Shown one piece after another: positions 38,391 to 46,547 of a stretch of 64,000 nt of DNA (its first letter is position 1; every line of letters begins with the position of its first letter). Where the stretch lies: contig JAPLYZ010000007.1 in assembly GCA_026395295.1 (NCBI GenBank), forward strand, positions 370 through 64,369, given 5' to 3'. The translations under genes and the position numbers were made by a program. The notes below the pieces were generated by a model, which had not been told where the DNA came from, made no database searches, and was given only the letters and a program-made list of their open reading frames with translations. Origin of the DNA: Candidatus Staskawiczbacteria bacterium. Its GTDB lineage: Bacteria; Patescibacteriota; Minisyncoccia; Minisyncoccales; Staskawiczbacteraceae.

Positions 38391-38888
38391 CTAAGCCACA
38401 GGTGAATCTACCGAGAACCAACCTCGAGTCTGTTCCGAAAGGATGTCGTAAATATGCTTGTTCCTGCTGATTGAGGCGATCTCAATCACCTTGAAACGGT
38501 CAATGAGACCAGCTTGAGAGGCAACGAACGTCATCAACGCTTCGTCGTCCAGCTCTGGTAGTCCGGAAAAAGAGAATATAAGAGACCCCGCCCTTACAGC
38601 TCCGGCCCACTTGTTTTCTCCTGGGTTTCTGGTCTGCCAGCTCGTGTCATGAGCAGAATTGACAAAAAGCCTCACTGCTTTCTCTTGCGAAAAAGTCCGA
38701 TACTTTTCCGCCTTTTCCGGCGGACAAACACCGATTTCGCAAATCAACTTTATTCGGCCGAGTGCAGCGGTGTCCATTACGGTGAAATAGCCGTAATTCC
38801 TATCAAGCTTGCACTTCTCGACAAGCGAAGCCATTCCAAGTTCCACCAACTCAATTAGCGCAGTTGGGGTCAAATGTCCAATCATCAT
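38391..38888 (-). CDS. Hypothetical protein (GC-rich orphan gene)
   Basis: 165-aa ORF. Hand count 30/60 G+C at 38521-38580. GGAGG Shine-Dalgarno, own promoter and terminator. No recognised motif. Confidence 0.6.
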   Translation of the reverse strand: MMIGHLTPTALIELVELGMASLVEKCKLDRNYGYFTVMDTAALGRIKLICEIGVCPPEKAEKYRTFSQEKAVRLFVNSAHDTSWQTRNPGENKWAGAVRAGSLIFSFSGLPELDDEALMTFVASQAGLIDRFKVIEIASISRNKHIYDILSEQTRGWFSVDSPVA

Positions 38889-38942
38889 AAATAGTCCTCC
38901 AATTATTTTGTCAGTTTTGTCAGTTGTTAACGAACCGCTTAT

Positions 38943-38971
38943 ATCTTAAACCTATTATCAAATTTTGTCAA
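38943..38971 (-). promoter_or_regulatory. Sigma-70-like promoter for 38391..38888
   Basis: Minus strand TTGACA (38971..38966), 17 nt spacer, TAAGAT (38948..38943). Downstream direct repeats ctgacaaaa x2. Confidence 0.5.
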
Positions 38972-38977
38972 ATCTAA

Positions 38978-41680
38978 CTACTTCCTTGAGGTGGATAATT
39001 TTCTCTTCTCGACCATTTTTGGCAAAATCTTGGGCGAGTCAAAAATCATCTTACCGCCTTGCTCGTCAATTAAAACACGAGAACCTTCTGCAATCTCGTT
39101 AGTTACAATTTTCACTGACAACGGGTCCAAAATTAACCTTTGGATAACTCGTTTTAACGGCCGCGCGCCCAAATTTTGGTCAAACCCTTCTTTCACCAAA
39201 AACTCTTTTGCTCTTTCGGAAATTTCAATTTTTATTTCTTTGGTCGCCAAACGCTTTTCAACCTTTGCCAGCTCTAAATCAACAATTCTCTTAATCTGCT
39301 CTTGGCGCAAATAGTTAAATATAACAATTTCATCAATTCTGTTCAAAAACTCCGGGCGGAATGAATCGCGCAAGGTATCAAATATCTTTTCCCGCATTGA
39401 CTCGCGCTGAACCAGCTCCTCTTTGGTGTTAAACCCAATTGACGACATTTTGTTGATGTAGTCCGAGCCCAAGTTAGAGGTCATTATAATAATTGTATTT
39501 TTGAAAGAAACCATTCTGCCCTTAGAGTCGGTAAGCCGTCCGTCTTCAAAAATTTGCAGGAGAATATTAAACACATCCGGGTGGGCTTTTTCAACTTCGT
39601 CTAACAATAAAACAGAGTATGGCCTTCGCCTAACTTTTTCTGTAAGCTGACCGGCTTCTTCATAGCCAACATATCCCGGAGGCGAACCAATAATTTTGGA
39701 AACTGTGTGCCTCTCCATATACTCTGACATATCCAGCCTTATTAACGCTTTTTCGTCGTTAAATAAAAATTCTGCCAAAGCGCGGGCGCACTCTGTTTTT
39801 CCAACGCCTGTAGGCCCCAAAAATAGAAATGAACCCAAGGGTTTATTCTCTTCAGAAATTCCGGCCCTTGCCCGTCGAATAGCTCTTGAAATTGCTGAAA
39901 TCGCCTCTTCTTGTCCAATAACACGCCTGTTCAAAGTGTCTTCCATTGTTTCTAATTTTTTGGCTTCTTCGGTAATTAAACGCATAACCGGAATCCCTGT
40001 CCATCGCGAAACAACTTTAGAAACTTCCTCCTCGGTCACTTCTTCTTTAAGAAGCCGATGTTCTTTTTGTATTTTTATCAGTTTTTGTTCCACCTGATTC
40101 AGCTCTTTCATTAATTCCGGAATTCTCCCATATTTTATCTCGGCAACTTTTTCCAAATCTGCTTCGCGCTGGGCAATTTCCGTCTGATAAGAAAGGTTGT
40201 CTAATTTCTCTCTGATGTCTTTTATTTTGTTAATAAGCTCTTTTTCAGCTCCCCATTTCAATCTCAACGCTTTTGTTTTTTCGTTTAAATCTGCCAACTC
40301 CCTGGCGATAACTTTCAAACGCCTTTCAGAACCGCTCTCTTTTTTCAGCGCTTGTTTTTCAATTTCTAGTTTCATTATGGCTTCGTCATATTTTTCAAGT
40401 TCTTGAGGGTCAGACTCAATTTCTAATCTCAGGGCAGACGCCGCTTCGTCCATTAGGTCAACAGCTTTGTCTGGCAAAAATCTGTCAGAAATATATCTGT
40501 TTGCCAAATCGACTGCGGCTTTTATGGCAGAATCTTTTATTTTTACTCCATGGTGAACTTCATATTTTTCTTTAATTCCGCGTAAAATTGCCACAGCATC
40601 TTCAACATTCGGCTCTTGCACATAAATCGGTTGGAATCTTCTTTCCAGCGCAGGATCTTTTTCAATATATTTTTGATATTCTCTTGTGGTTGTCGCTCCA
40701 ATAGCCCTTAATTCTCCGCGAGACAAAGCCGGTTTTAATAAATTTGAAGCGTCAATTGCTCCTTCTGCAGCTCCAGCTCCAACCAATGTATGCAACTCGT
40801 CAATAAACAAAATATATTTTCCTGCAGCCCGCGATAATTCTTTCAGCAAAGCCTTAATGCGTGTTTCAAATTCTCCTCTATATTTTGTGCCGGCAATTAT
40901 AGCTCCTAAATCCAAAGAAATGACCTCTTTATTTTTTAGAAAATCCGGCACGTTCCCCCTGGCGATCCTTTGGGCAAAACCTTCAACAATTGCTGTTTTT
41001 CCAACTCCGGCTTCGCCAATTAGCACCGGGTTATTTTTTGTTCTCCTGGAAATTATCTGCATCAATCTCCGAATTTCGTTGTCTCTGCCTACTATTGGAT
41101 CAATTTTTCCTGCGGCCGCCAAATTAGTCAAATTTCTGGTGTATTTTTCAATCACCTGAAACTTTGATTCAGGTTCCGGGTCGGTAATTCTTTGTCCGCC
41201 CCTAACTTGCGACAAAACTTTCATTACTGCTTCATAATCAAGTTTCGCATTTTTAAAATTATTCCCTTCGCCCGATGTAATAAAATTTATTTTCTCTAAA
41301 ACATCTTTGGCTCCGGACTTAGTGTCCAGCAACGCCAAAAACAAATGCTCAACTGAAATAAACTCGTCGTTCATTTTTATGGCTTCTTGCCTGGCTCTGT
41401 CTAAAACTTTTGCCATGTCTTGCGTAAGATAAAACTGGCCAAATGCCTGCGGAGTTAAAATTGTCGGAATTTTTGTAATTTGAGCTTCAACTTTTTTCTT
41501 CAAGGAATCTCCGTCAACTCCAAGTTTTTGTAAAACAGTGGTTATAATTGAACCTTCTTGAGAAAGTAAAACATACAACAAATGCAGGGCGTCAATTTGC
41601 GATTGTCCCTTTTCTTGCGCCAGCTGTTGCGCCTGCATTAATGCATCTTGCGCTTTGTTTGTAAAATTTGCTCCGTTCAC
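38978..41680 (-). CDS. clpB: ATP-dependent chaperone/disaggregase ClpB
   Basis: 900-aa ORF with GTG start. Clp N-domain (FTNKAQDALMQAQQLA), two AAA+ modules (GEAGVGKTAIVEG; GPTGVGKTECARALA) and a long coiled-coil middle domain. Confidence 0.9.
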   Translation of the reverse strand: MNGANFTNKAQDALMQAQQLAQEKGQSQIDALHLLYVLLSQEGSIITTVLQKLGVDGDSLKKKVEAQITKIPTILTPQAFGQFYLTQDMAKVLDRARQEAIKMNDEFISVEHLFLALLDTKSGAKDVLEKINFITSGEGNNFKNAKLDYEAVMKVLSQVRGGQRITDPEPESKFQVIEKYTRNLTNLAAAGKIDPIVGRDNEIRRLMQIISRRTKNNPVLIGEAGVGKTAIVEGFAQRIARGNVPDFLKNKEVISLDLGAIIAGTKYRGEFETRIKALLKELSRAAGKYILFIDELHTLVGAGAAEGAIDASNLLKPALSRGELRAIGATTTREYQKYIEKDPALERRFQPIYVQEPNVEDAVAILRGIKEKYEVHHGVKIKDSAIKAAVDLANRYISDRFLPDKAVDLMDEAASALRLEIESDPQELEKYDEAIMKLEIEKQALKKESGSERRLKVIARELADLNEKTKALRLKWGAEKELINKIKDIREKLDNLSYQTEIAQREADLEKVAEIKYGRIPELMKELNQVEQKLIKIQKEHRLLKEEVTEEEVSKVVSRWTGIPVMRLITEEAKKLETMEDTLNRRVIGQEEAISAISRAIRRARAGISEENKPLGSFLFLGPTGVGKTECARALAEFLFNDEKALIRLDMSEYMERHTVSKIIGSPPGYVGYEEAGQLTEKVRRRPYSVLLLDEVEKAHPDVFNILLQIFEDGRLTDSKGRMVSFKNTIIIMTSNLGSDYINKMSSIGFNTKEELVQRESMREKIFDTLRDSFRPEFLNRIDEIVIFNYLRQEQIKRIVDLELAKVEKRLATKEIKIEISERAKEFLVKEGFDQNLGARPLKRVIQRLILDPLSVKIVTNEIAEGSRVLIDEQGGKMIFDSPKILPKMVEKRKLSTSRK

Positions 41681-41769
41681 ACTTCGACTCGCCCTCGTTT
41701 CGCTCGGGCTTCGCTCAGTGCAAGTACTGTTCTTGCGCGAGTCGAAGTGCCCTGAGCTTGTCGAAGGGT
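41680..41769. repeat. Composite GC-rich repeat element abutting the clpB start codon
   Basis: 13-bp inverted repeat cacttcgactcgc (41680..41692) / gcgagtcgaagtg (41737..41749), then tgccctgagcttgtcgaaggg (41748..41768). It stands out sharply against the AT-rich flanks. Confidence 0.7.
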
Positions 41770-41794
41770 ATTCAATATTACGTCTAATATGTCT

Positions 41795-41823
41795 ATTTTA
41801 GTCCAAAACCAAAAATAAATCAA
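41795..41823 (-). promoter_or_regulatory. Sigma-70-like promoter of clpB
   Basis: Minus strand TTGATT (41823..41818), 17 nt spacer, TAAAAT (41800..41795). Confidence 0.45.
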
Positions 41824-41849
41824 TAGCACTCTCAACCCGAGAGTGCTAA
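41823..41849. promoter_or_regulatory. CIRCE element (HrcA operator)
   Basis: Minus strand TTAGCACTC-tcgggttga-GAGTGCTAt matches the consensus TTAGCACTC-N9-GAGTGCTAA at 17 of 18 positions. Confidence 0.8.
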
Positions 41850-41875
41850 AATGTCTAATTAAACAACTTTGTACT

Positions 41876-42316
41876 TTATTTTTTCTTTGGAGATTTAGAT
41901 GCAAATCTCTTTTTCTCTACTCGCCTTTCGGGTTCTTCGGTTTTTCCAGACACTTCGGCAGTTCCTGCTTCTTGCCTCCCTATTTCAGCCACTGGTTTTG
42001 GCTGTCCTTTTGATCCATATTTTTCAACCGCCTCTTCAATTATCTTTTTTAAACATACTGCTTTTTCTGTTAATAATCTTTTTTGAGCTTCTGTAACTCT
42101 TAGATAAGCTGTCCTTTTCGCCTCTTCCATTATTTTAGCTCTTGCAGAATCAACCATGTCCGGAAGAATATCTTTTCTGTTGTCATAAGATAAAACTCCC
42201 TTGCCTGCTACCGTAGGAATTTTTATTTCGGTGAACCATCCTGTTTTGGTTCTTTCAACCGCATAACCATCATTAATCAATTTATCAAGAACAACGTCTC
42301 CACCATCGCCTCCCAA
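41876..42316 (-). CDS. Hypothetical protein with Lys/Glu-rich tail; start uncertain (TTG)
   Basis: 146-aa ORF. The frame is open further upstream (DKYLADIRQKLGL...) back to a TGA with no ATG, so it may be 5'-truncated. Confidence 0.4.
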   Translation of the reverse strand: MGGDGGDVVLDKLINDGYAVERTKTGWFTEIKIPTVAGKGVLSYDNRKDILPDMVDSARAKIMEEAKRTAYLRVTEAQKRLLTEKAVCLKKIIEEAVEKYGSKGQPKPVAEIGRQEAGTAEVSGKTEEPERRVEKKRFASKSPKKK

Positions 42317-42482
42317 TCCTAATTTCTGCCTGATGTCTGCCAGATATTTATCTCAAGATAGCAATATTTTACCCGATTTTCAAATTTATCTTTAAATTAT
42401 TTTACGAAAGTTAATTACTCTCTCTCAGATTCGGACTTTAATGTATCGCATAATTTTTTCATAATTATTCAACAGGGTGAAT

Positions 42483-43106
42483 TTAAGATAAACTAAATTC
42501 TATCAATGCTTTTTTTATAACTTCATCGCTGGTTTCAAACCCTTTTTTCCAAACAACCTGCTCTCGGTAATCCATATCGTCAAAATAAGCAAGTTGTCTT
42601 CTCAACAATTTTTCATTAAATTCTTTACCAAAAATCTCATCTGATTTTTTACAAATTTCCTTTATGGAATGATAATCCTTCATAATGAAGTACAGGTCAA
42701 CATAATCTTTCCATTTTGGTCTTCGCCCTAAAGCATATGCTTTCATTGCGCTAAGAGTTAAAATATCAGGCATTTTTATCGTATCATCAAAATTTTCCGA
42801 AAAATTGACCTTGAACAGATAATGAAAAAAGGTAAATCTTACCATGTTTATCTCAATTGTGTATTGTCCGGTTTCGTCTCTTATGGTTCTGGGTATTCGT
42901 TCTGCTCTAATTATTTTCCGTCGTATTTTCACGTTATCAAATTCTTCAAACGAAAATAAATCAAAATCAATAGATTCTCTATGTCCAATATGAAGCGCGA
43001 TAGCTGTTCCGCCGACTAAGCCAAAATTCTTATTGAATAATTTTACCACATGCAAAAGCCCTTCCTGCTCCTTTGTCAAAATTTCTCTATGAAAATTATT
43101 TTGCAT
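42483..43106 (-). CDS. Nucleotidyltransferase AbiEii/AbiGii-family toxin (type IV TA)
   Basis: I prefer ATG at 43106 (MQNNFHREILTKEQEGLLHVV...). FGLVGGTAIALHIGHRESIDFDLF is the typical AbiEii N-terminal motif. It overlaps the upstream small gene by 11 nt. Confidence 0.65.
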   Translation of the reverse strand: MQNNFHREILTKEQEGLLHVVKLFNKNFGLVGGTAIALHIGHRESIDFDLFSFEEFDNVKIRRKIIRAERIPRTIRDETGQYTIEINMVRFTFFHYLFKVNFSENFDDTIKMPDILTLSAMKAYALGRRPKWKDYVDLYFIMKDYHSIKEICKKSDEIFGKEFNEKLLRRQLAYFDDMDYREQVVWKKGFETSDEVIKKALIEFSLS

Positions 43107-43371
43107 GAGCTTCAAAGTATAAATTGAAATAATTTTTTGTTTTATCGTCGTAATTAGTCCTAAAGCCGCTTGTTTGTTTCCTAAAAATCTCTGCCATTTT
43201 TTTAATGCCAATAATTTTAATAAGTTTTTGCACATCATCCCAACCGCCATAATTTAATGTGTGCTCAATTATTGACTCTTCGCCTAAATTTTCAGGGTCT
43301 TTTACATACCAAACAAGATGCTTCCTTTCTCGCATATATTTTTTAAGCTCGCTTTTTTTTGTGTCTTTCAT
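43096..43371 (-). CDS. Small protein, putative cognate antitoxin of the AbiEii-like gene
   Basis: 91-aa ORF whose end overlaps the start of the toxin gene (translational coupling). It is much shorter than a classical AbiEi. Confidence 0.45.
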   Translation of the reverse strand: MKDTKKSELKKYMRERKHLVWYVKDPENLGEESIIEHTLNYGGWDDVQKLIKIIGIKKMAEIFRKQTSGFRTNYDDKTKNYFNLYFEAHAK

Positions 43372-43454
43372 ACTTTATTTTATCATAATTTTAGGCTGAA
43401 TTCAATGCAAACCGGCACACAATGCAACGACCATTATTTTATTGTATCAAAAAA

Positions 43455-43486
43455 TAAATAAAAAAGCCACGTGAAGAGCACATGGC
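43455..43486 (-). terminator. Rho-independent terminator after 43504..43776
   Basis: Minus strand gccatgtg-ctcttca-cgtggc followed by ttttttatttatttttt. Confidence 0.6.
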
Positions 43487-43503
43487 AACCCCTTGGCAAA
43501 CAC

Positions 43504-43776
43504 TTAAAGAGTAACAAGTCCTGCGTCAAAAAGAGATTTGAAAAGAACCCCAGAATCAACGACGGCGACAAGTCTTTTCCCATTTCCACTCTCGGCTTTG
43601 ACGAAATGTCCGCTTGCCAACTTGAGCAGACGATTCTTGGCAAGGTCCCATTTTTCCAAATCAACGGGCAAAACCATGGCTTTTTCTCCCTTTCCTCCTA
43701 CAATCTTTATTTCCACCGCCCAGCGCGACTCAGGACCGATAACCCGAACATATATTTCATTCCCATTTTTTTTCAT
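43504..43776 (-). CDS. Hypothetical protein
   Basis: 90-aa ORF, 12 nt downstream of 43789..43989. No recognised motif. Confidence 0.45.
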   Translation of the reverse strand: MKKNGNEIYVRVIGPESRWAVEIKIVGGKGEKAMVLPVDLEKWDLAKNRLLKLASGHFVKAESGNGKRLVAVVDSGVLFKSLFDAGLVTL

Positions 43777-43788
43777 AACCTCATCTTT

Positions 43789-43989
43789 CTAAAACAGCAC
43801 TTGGTTTGTAACAACCAACAAAACACCGGGAAGGGACTTTACAATTGCTGGATCAAACCCAAAATCTCCGCCAGGTGCCCTTAACACGTTATTTTTGTCT
43901 AACTCTGGCGCAAACCCTAATTCCTGCAACTTCTTGATAACCGCGCCAACCTCTTCTTTACTGGCATCTCTTTTTATCTCAATAACCAT
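43789..43989 (-). CDS. Small ferredoxin-like/ACT-like protein (hypothetical)
   Basis: 66-aa ORF. From memory, MVIEIKRDASKEEVGAVIKKLQELGF resembles the N-terminal regulatory ferredoxin-like domain of Thermotoga-type DAHP synthase (MIVVLKPGSTEEDIRKVVKLAE...). Tentative. Confidence 0.35.
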   Translation of the reverse strand: MVIEIKRDASKEEVGAVIKKLQELGFAPELDKNNVLRAPGGDFGFDPAIVKSLPGVLLVVTNQVLF

Positions 43990-44030
43990 AATTGACTCTT
44001 TCTGTTTAGTTTTTAAAGTGCAGCGCTTTG

Positions 44031-44062
44031 TTAAAAAGCAAAAGCCCCTTGGAGGGGGGCTT
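44031..44062 (-). terminator. Terminator-like hairpin inside the leader of 43789..43989
   Basis: Minus strand aagcccc-cctccaa-ggggctt followed by ttgcttttt. Confidence 0.55.
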
Positions 44063-44185
44063 ATTTGAATTTTCTAAATTTTATTATTTCTTATTTTAGA
44101 ATGCTCAAATCAACCTCTCTCCTAAAGAAGCTAAAAAAGAAATAAAACCAGTTGTTTGTTCGGTTAATTTGATTCATACAATTAT

Positions 44186-44213
44186 AGTTTATCAGAAAAT
44201 AATTCTGTGTCAA
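44186..44213 (-). promoter_or_regulatory. Sigma-70-like promoter downstream of htrA
   Basis: Minus strand TTGACA (44213..44208), 16 nt spacer, TAAACT (44191..44186). An overlapping TATAAT lies at 44186..44181. Confidence 0.4.
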
Positions 44214-44250
44214 CCCCGTTAGAAGTCTTGAACAAGACTTCTAACGGGGT
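44213..44250. repeat. Perfect 17-bp-stem hairpin just after the htrA stop
   Basis: accccgttagaagtctt-gaac-aagacttctaacggggt. No U-tract follows on the minus strand, so it is more REP-like than a canonical terminator. Confidence 0.8.
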
Positions 44251-44256
44251 CAATGG

Positions 44257-45612
44257 CTAAGATGACCGTTCTCCCAAGGTTACAATTACATCCTGTTCTT
44301 TGCCGTCCCTTAAAATTCGCAAAGTAACTTTATCTCCGGCATTATGTTTTTGTATCATTTTTGACATTGGACTATCGGTGGTAATTTTCTCTCCGTCTAC
44401 CTTCAGAATAACATCTTTTTCTTTAATTCCAGCTTTTTCCGCCACAGAACCAGAAGTCACAGCTAATTCTCCTTTACTCCCCTTAAGGACTAGCGCTCCA
44501 TAGTCAACCGACAAATTATACTTTTCTTTAACCTGCTCATCAACCAAAATATATCTTACCCCCAAAAACGGATAAACAATTTTATTTGTTTTGGCAACTT
44601 GGTCAATATCTTTTTTCGCCATATTTATTGGAATAGCAAAACCAATAGCCTCTGCCCCTTGCGCCATAGCTGTATTAATACCAATAACTTCACCCCTCAA
44701 ATTCAATAAGGGTCCGCCAGAATTTCCAGAGTTAATTGCCGCATCTGTCTGTATTATGTCTTCCAATGTTTCCGAAAATGAACCCAACTGATCAGAAGCA
44801 GAAATTGTTCTGCCGAGACCCGAGATCACGCCCACCGAAACTGTGTTGCGGAATTGACCCAGCGCGTTTCCGATTGCAATAGCTGTCTGACCTATTTGTA
44901 TCCCCGAAGAATCTCCCAGAGTTACCGGCTGAAAAATTGTCCCGCCATTCGACGGGATCCCGCTGTGGCGGGAAATTTTTATAACTGCCAAATCCTGAAC
45001 CGGGTCAAGCGCCAAAACTTTTGCCGGATACTTTTGTCCATCGTTTGTAAAAACCGTATAATCTGCCTTGTTATCTGAAACAACGTGCTTATTCGTTAAA
45101 ACCAGCCCATCAGCTGAAACAATAAATCCAGACCCTGCTCCTATTTGCTGATACTTGGTTCCTTTTTGCACCTGTTGGGGAATTTGGATATCAAAGGGTC
45201 CAAAAAAATCTCCGAACGGATTATCACTGCTACCGTTATTGCCAAATGGATCTACGAGTTGCTGTTCGTAAACCGGAACGTTTTTAGAAATAACAATACT
45301 GACAACAGATGGCGAAACTTTTTTAGCGGCATCAATAATCGCTTGCTCGTAAGAGATGCCTGAAACGTAAGGTTTTGTGGCGGACTGATCGTTGTTCTTT
45401 TCTTTTTTTGGCGCTGTTGTTTCAAAATACTTTAGAAATGCTTGTGTTTCCGACGGAAAATAATGCAGAGCGGTAATACCAACATAAATACCAATAATGT
45501 ACCCTGCAACAACCAAGAGCAAAGCGCCTAAAAACACCTTATTTTTAATAATTTTTAAGCTTTTATTTTTAACTTCTGAAAAGTTATATTGTGGCAAATT
45601 GTACAAACTCAT
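44257..45612 (-). CDS. htrA: HtrA/DegP-family serine protease with PDZ domain
   Basis: 451-aa ORF. N-terminal TM helix; catalytic triad contexts TNKHVV, DLAVIKI and GNSGGPLLN; C-terminal PDZ (GIKEKDVILKVDGEKI). Confidence 0.9.
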   Translation of the reverse strand: MSLYNLPQYNFSEVKNKSLKIIKNKVFLGALLLVVAGYIIGIYVGITALHYFPSETQAFLKYFETTAPKKEKNNDQSATKPYVSGISYEQAIIDAAKKVSPSVVSIVISKNVPVYEQQLVDPFGNNGSSDNPFGDFFGPFDIQIPQQVQKGTKYQQIGAGSGFIVSADGLVLTNKHVVSDNKADYTVFTNDGQKYPAKVLALDPVQDLAVIKISRHSGIPSNGGTIFQPVTLGDSSGIQIGQTAIAIGNALGQFRNTVSVGVISGLGRTISASDQLGSFSETLEDIIQTDAAINSGNSGGPLLNLRGEVIGINTAMAQGAEAIGFAIPINMAKKDIDQVAKTNKIVYPFLGVRYILVDEQVKEKYNLSVDYGALVLKGSKGELAVTSGSVAEKAGIKEKDVILKVDGEKITTDSPMSKMIQKHNAGDKVTLRILRDGKEQDVIVTLGERSS

Positions 45613-45661
45613 GGAGAAAATTTTTAATTTTAAATTATTTTTAATAATACGATTTTGGTTG

Positions 45662-46381
45662 TTATTTTGGTTCAGCCTTGTCGTAATGGTCGAATCTATA
45701 ATTAAAAATATCTGACTTTACCGGACCCAAAAAAATCATATAAAGTTCGCAAAGAAAAAATTTAATGCCGGTCAAAACCCAGCCGTCTGTTTTAAATCTT
45801 CTGTCTGAAATAAAAAGTTTTGCTGATTTTATAATCCCAAACCTTGCCTTGAACAATTTTACCGCCTGCCTGGCTAAATAATGATCTTCGGCTAGTTTCA
45901 CATCTTCATCAAATCCTCCCAGTTTTTCAAAAAGATTTTTTTTAACAATAATTCCCATTGCCGCGTGAGGTAAAATTCTCTCTAATAAAATAATAGGATA
46001 ATTATAAAAAAAATTCAAGAGAAATGAAGAGATTTTGCTTTTTGAGAGTGGCGCCAGGCAAAAACTGGCAACTTCAAGCTTGTGCCTGACAAATTCCGCC
46101 AATGTTTTTTTAAAAAAATTACCAGGTAAAATTGTGTCGGCGTCTACAAAAAATAGCAGTTCGCCTTTAGCAACCTTTTCGCCTTCGTTTCTTCCTTTTG
46201 CCGGCAACCCACCGGGAACAATTTTGCAATTATACCTCTTGGCGATTTCCAAGGTTTTATCTGTAGAACCGGCATCGGCCAAAATTATTTCGTAATCTGA
46301 AAAATCTTGCTCTTTGATTGACGCTAAAAGTAGAGGCAAATACTTTTCCTCATTTAACGCTGGAATAATAATTGACAACAT
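45662..46381 (-). CDS. GT2-family glycosyltransferase
   Basis: 239-aa ORF. LSIIIPALNEEKYLPLLLASI, ILADAGSTD, FVDADT. Confidence 0.75.
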   Translation of the reverse strand: MLSIIIPALNEEKYLPLLLASIKEQDFSDYEIILADAGSTDKTLEIAKRYNCKIVPGGLPAKGRNEGEKVAKGELLFFVDADTILPGNFFKKTLAEFVRHKLEVASFCLAPLSKSKISSFLLNFFYNYPIILLERILPHAAMGIIVKKNLFEKLGGFDEDVKLAEDHYLARQAVKLFKARFGIIKSAKLFISDRRFKTDGWVLTGIKFFLCELYMIFLGPVKSDIFNYRFDHYDKAEPK

Positions 46382-46457
46382 AATTTTTTTCTTTTTTACA
46401 AACTGGCAACTGTGAATAAATGATTGACTTGACGCTATTCTTTGTGCTATATTAAAA

Positions 46458-46516
46458 GTGGCTCTTGGAGGGCTTTGGCCCTGTCACGGCTATCCAAGCT
46501 GTAGCCAAGCGCCACT
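46458..46516. ncRNA. Structured intergenic element (three-helix junction): candidate small RNA or complex terminator
   Basis: Outer helix gtggctcttgg / ccaagcgccac (10 of 11 pairs) encloses agggc-tttg-gccct and ggcta-tccaagctg-tagcc. Plus-strand TTGACT-18-TATATT lies upstream (46424..46453) and a T-run follows at 46539..46544. On the minus strand the outer helix is followed by TTTT. Confidence 0.25.
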
Positions 46517-46547
46517 AAAGAATACTGCATCAGCGGTGTTTTTTAGT

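Noticed and set aside
41677-41904. 75-aa ORF (and similarly 32370..32585) translating GC-rich repeat or terminator DNA
   Set aside because: The reading frame is created by the GC-rich repeat element, the CIRCE region and the promoter. Arg/Ala-rich products such as LRQAQGTSTRARTV are the known artefact of translating such repeats.
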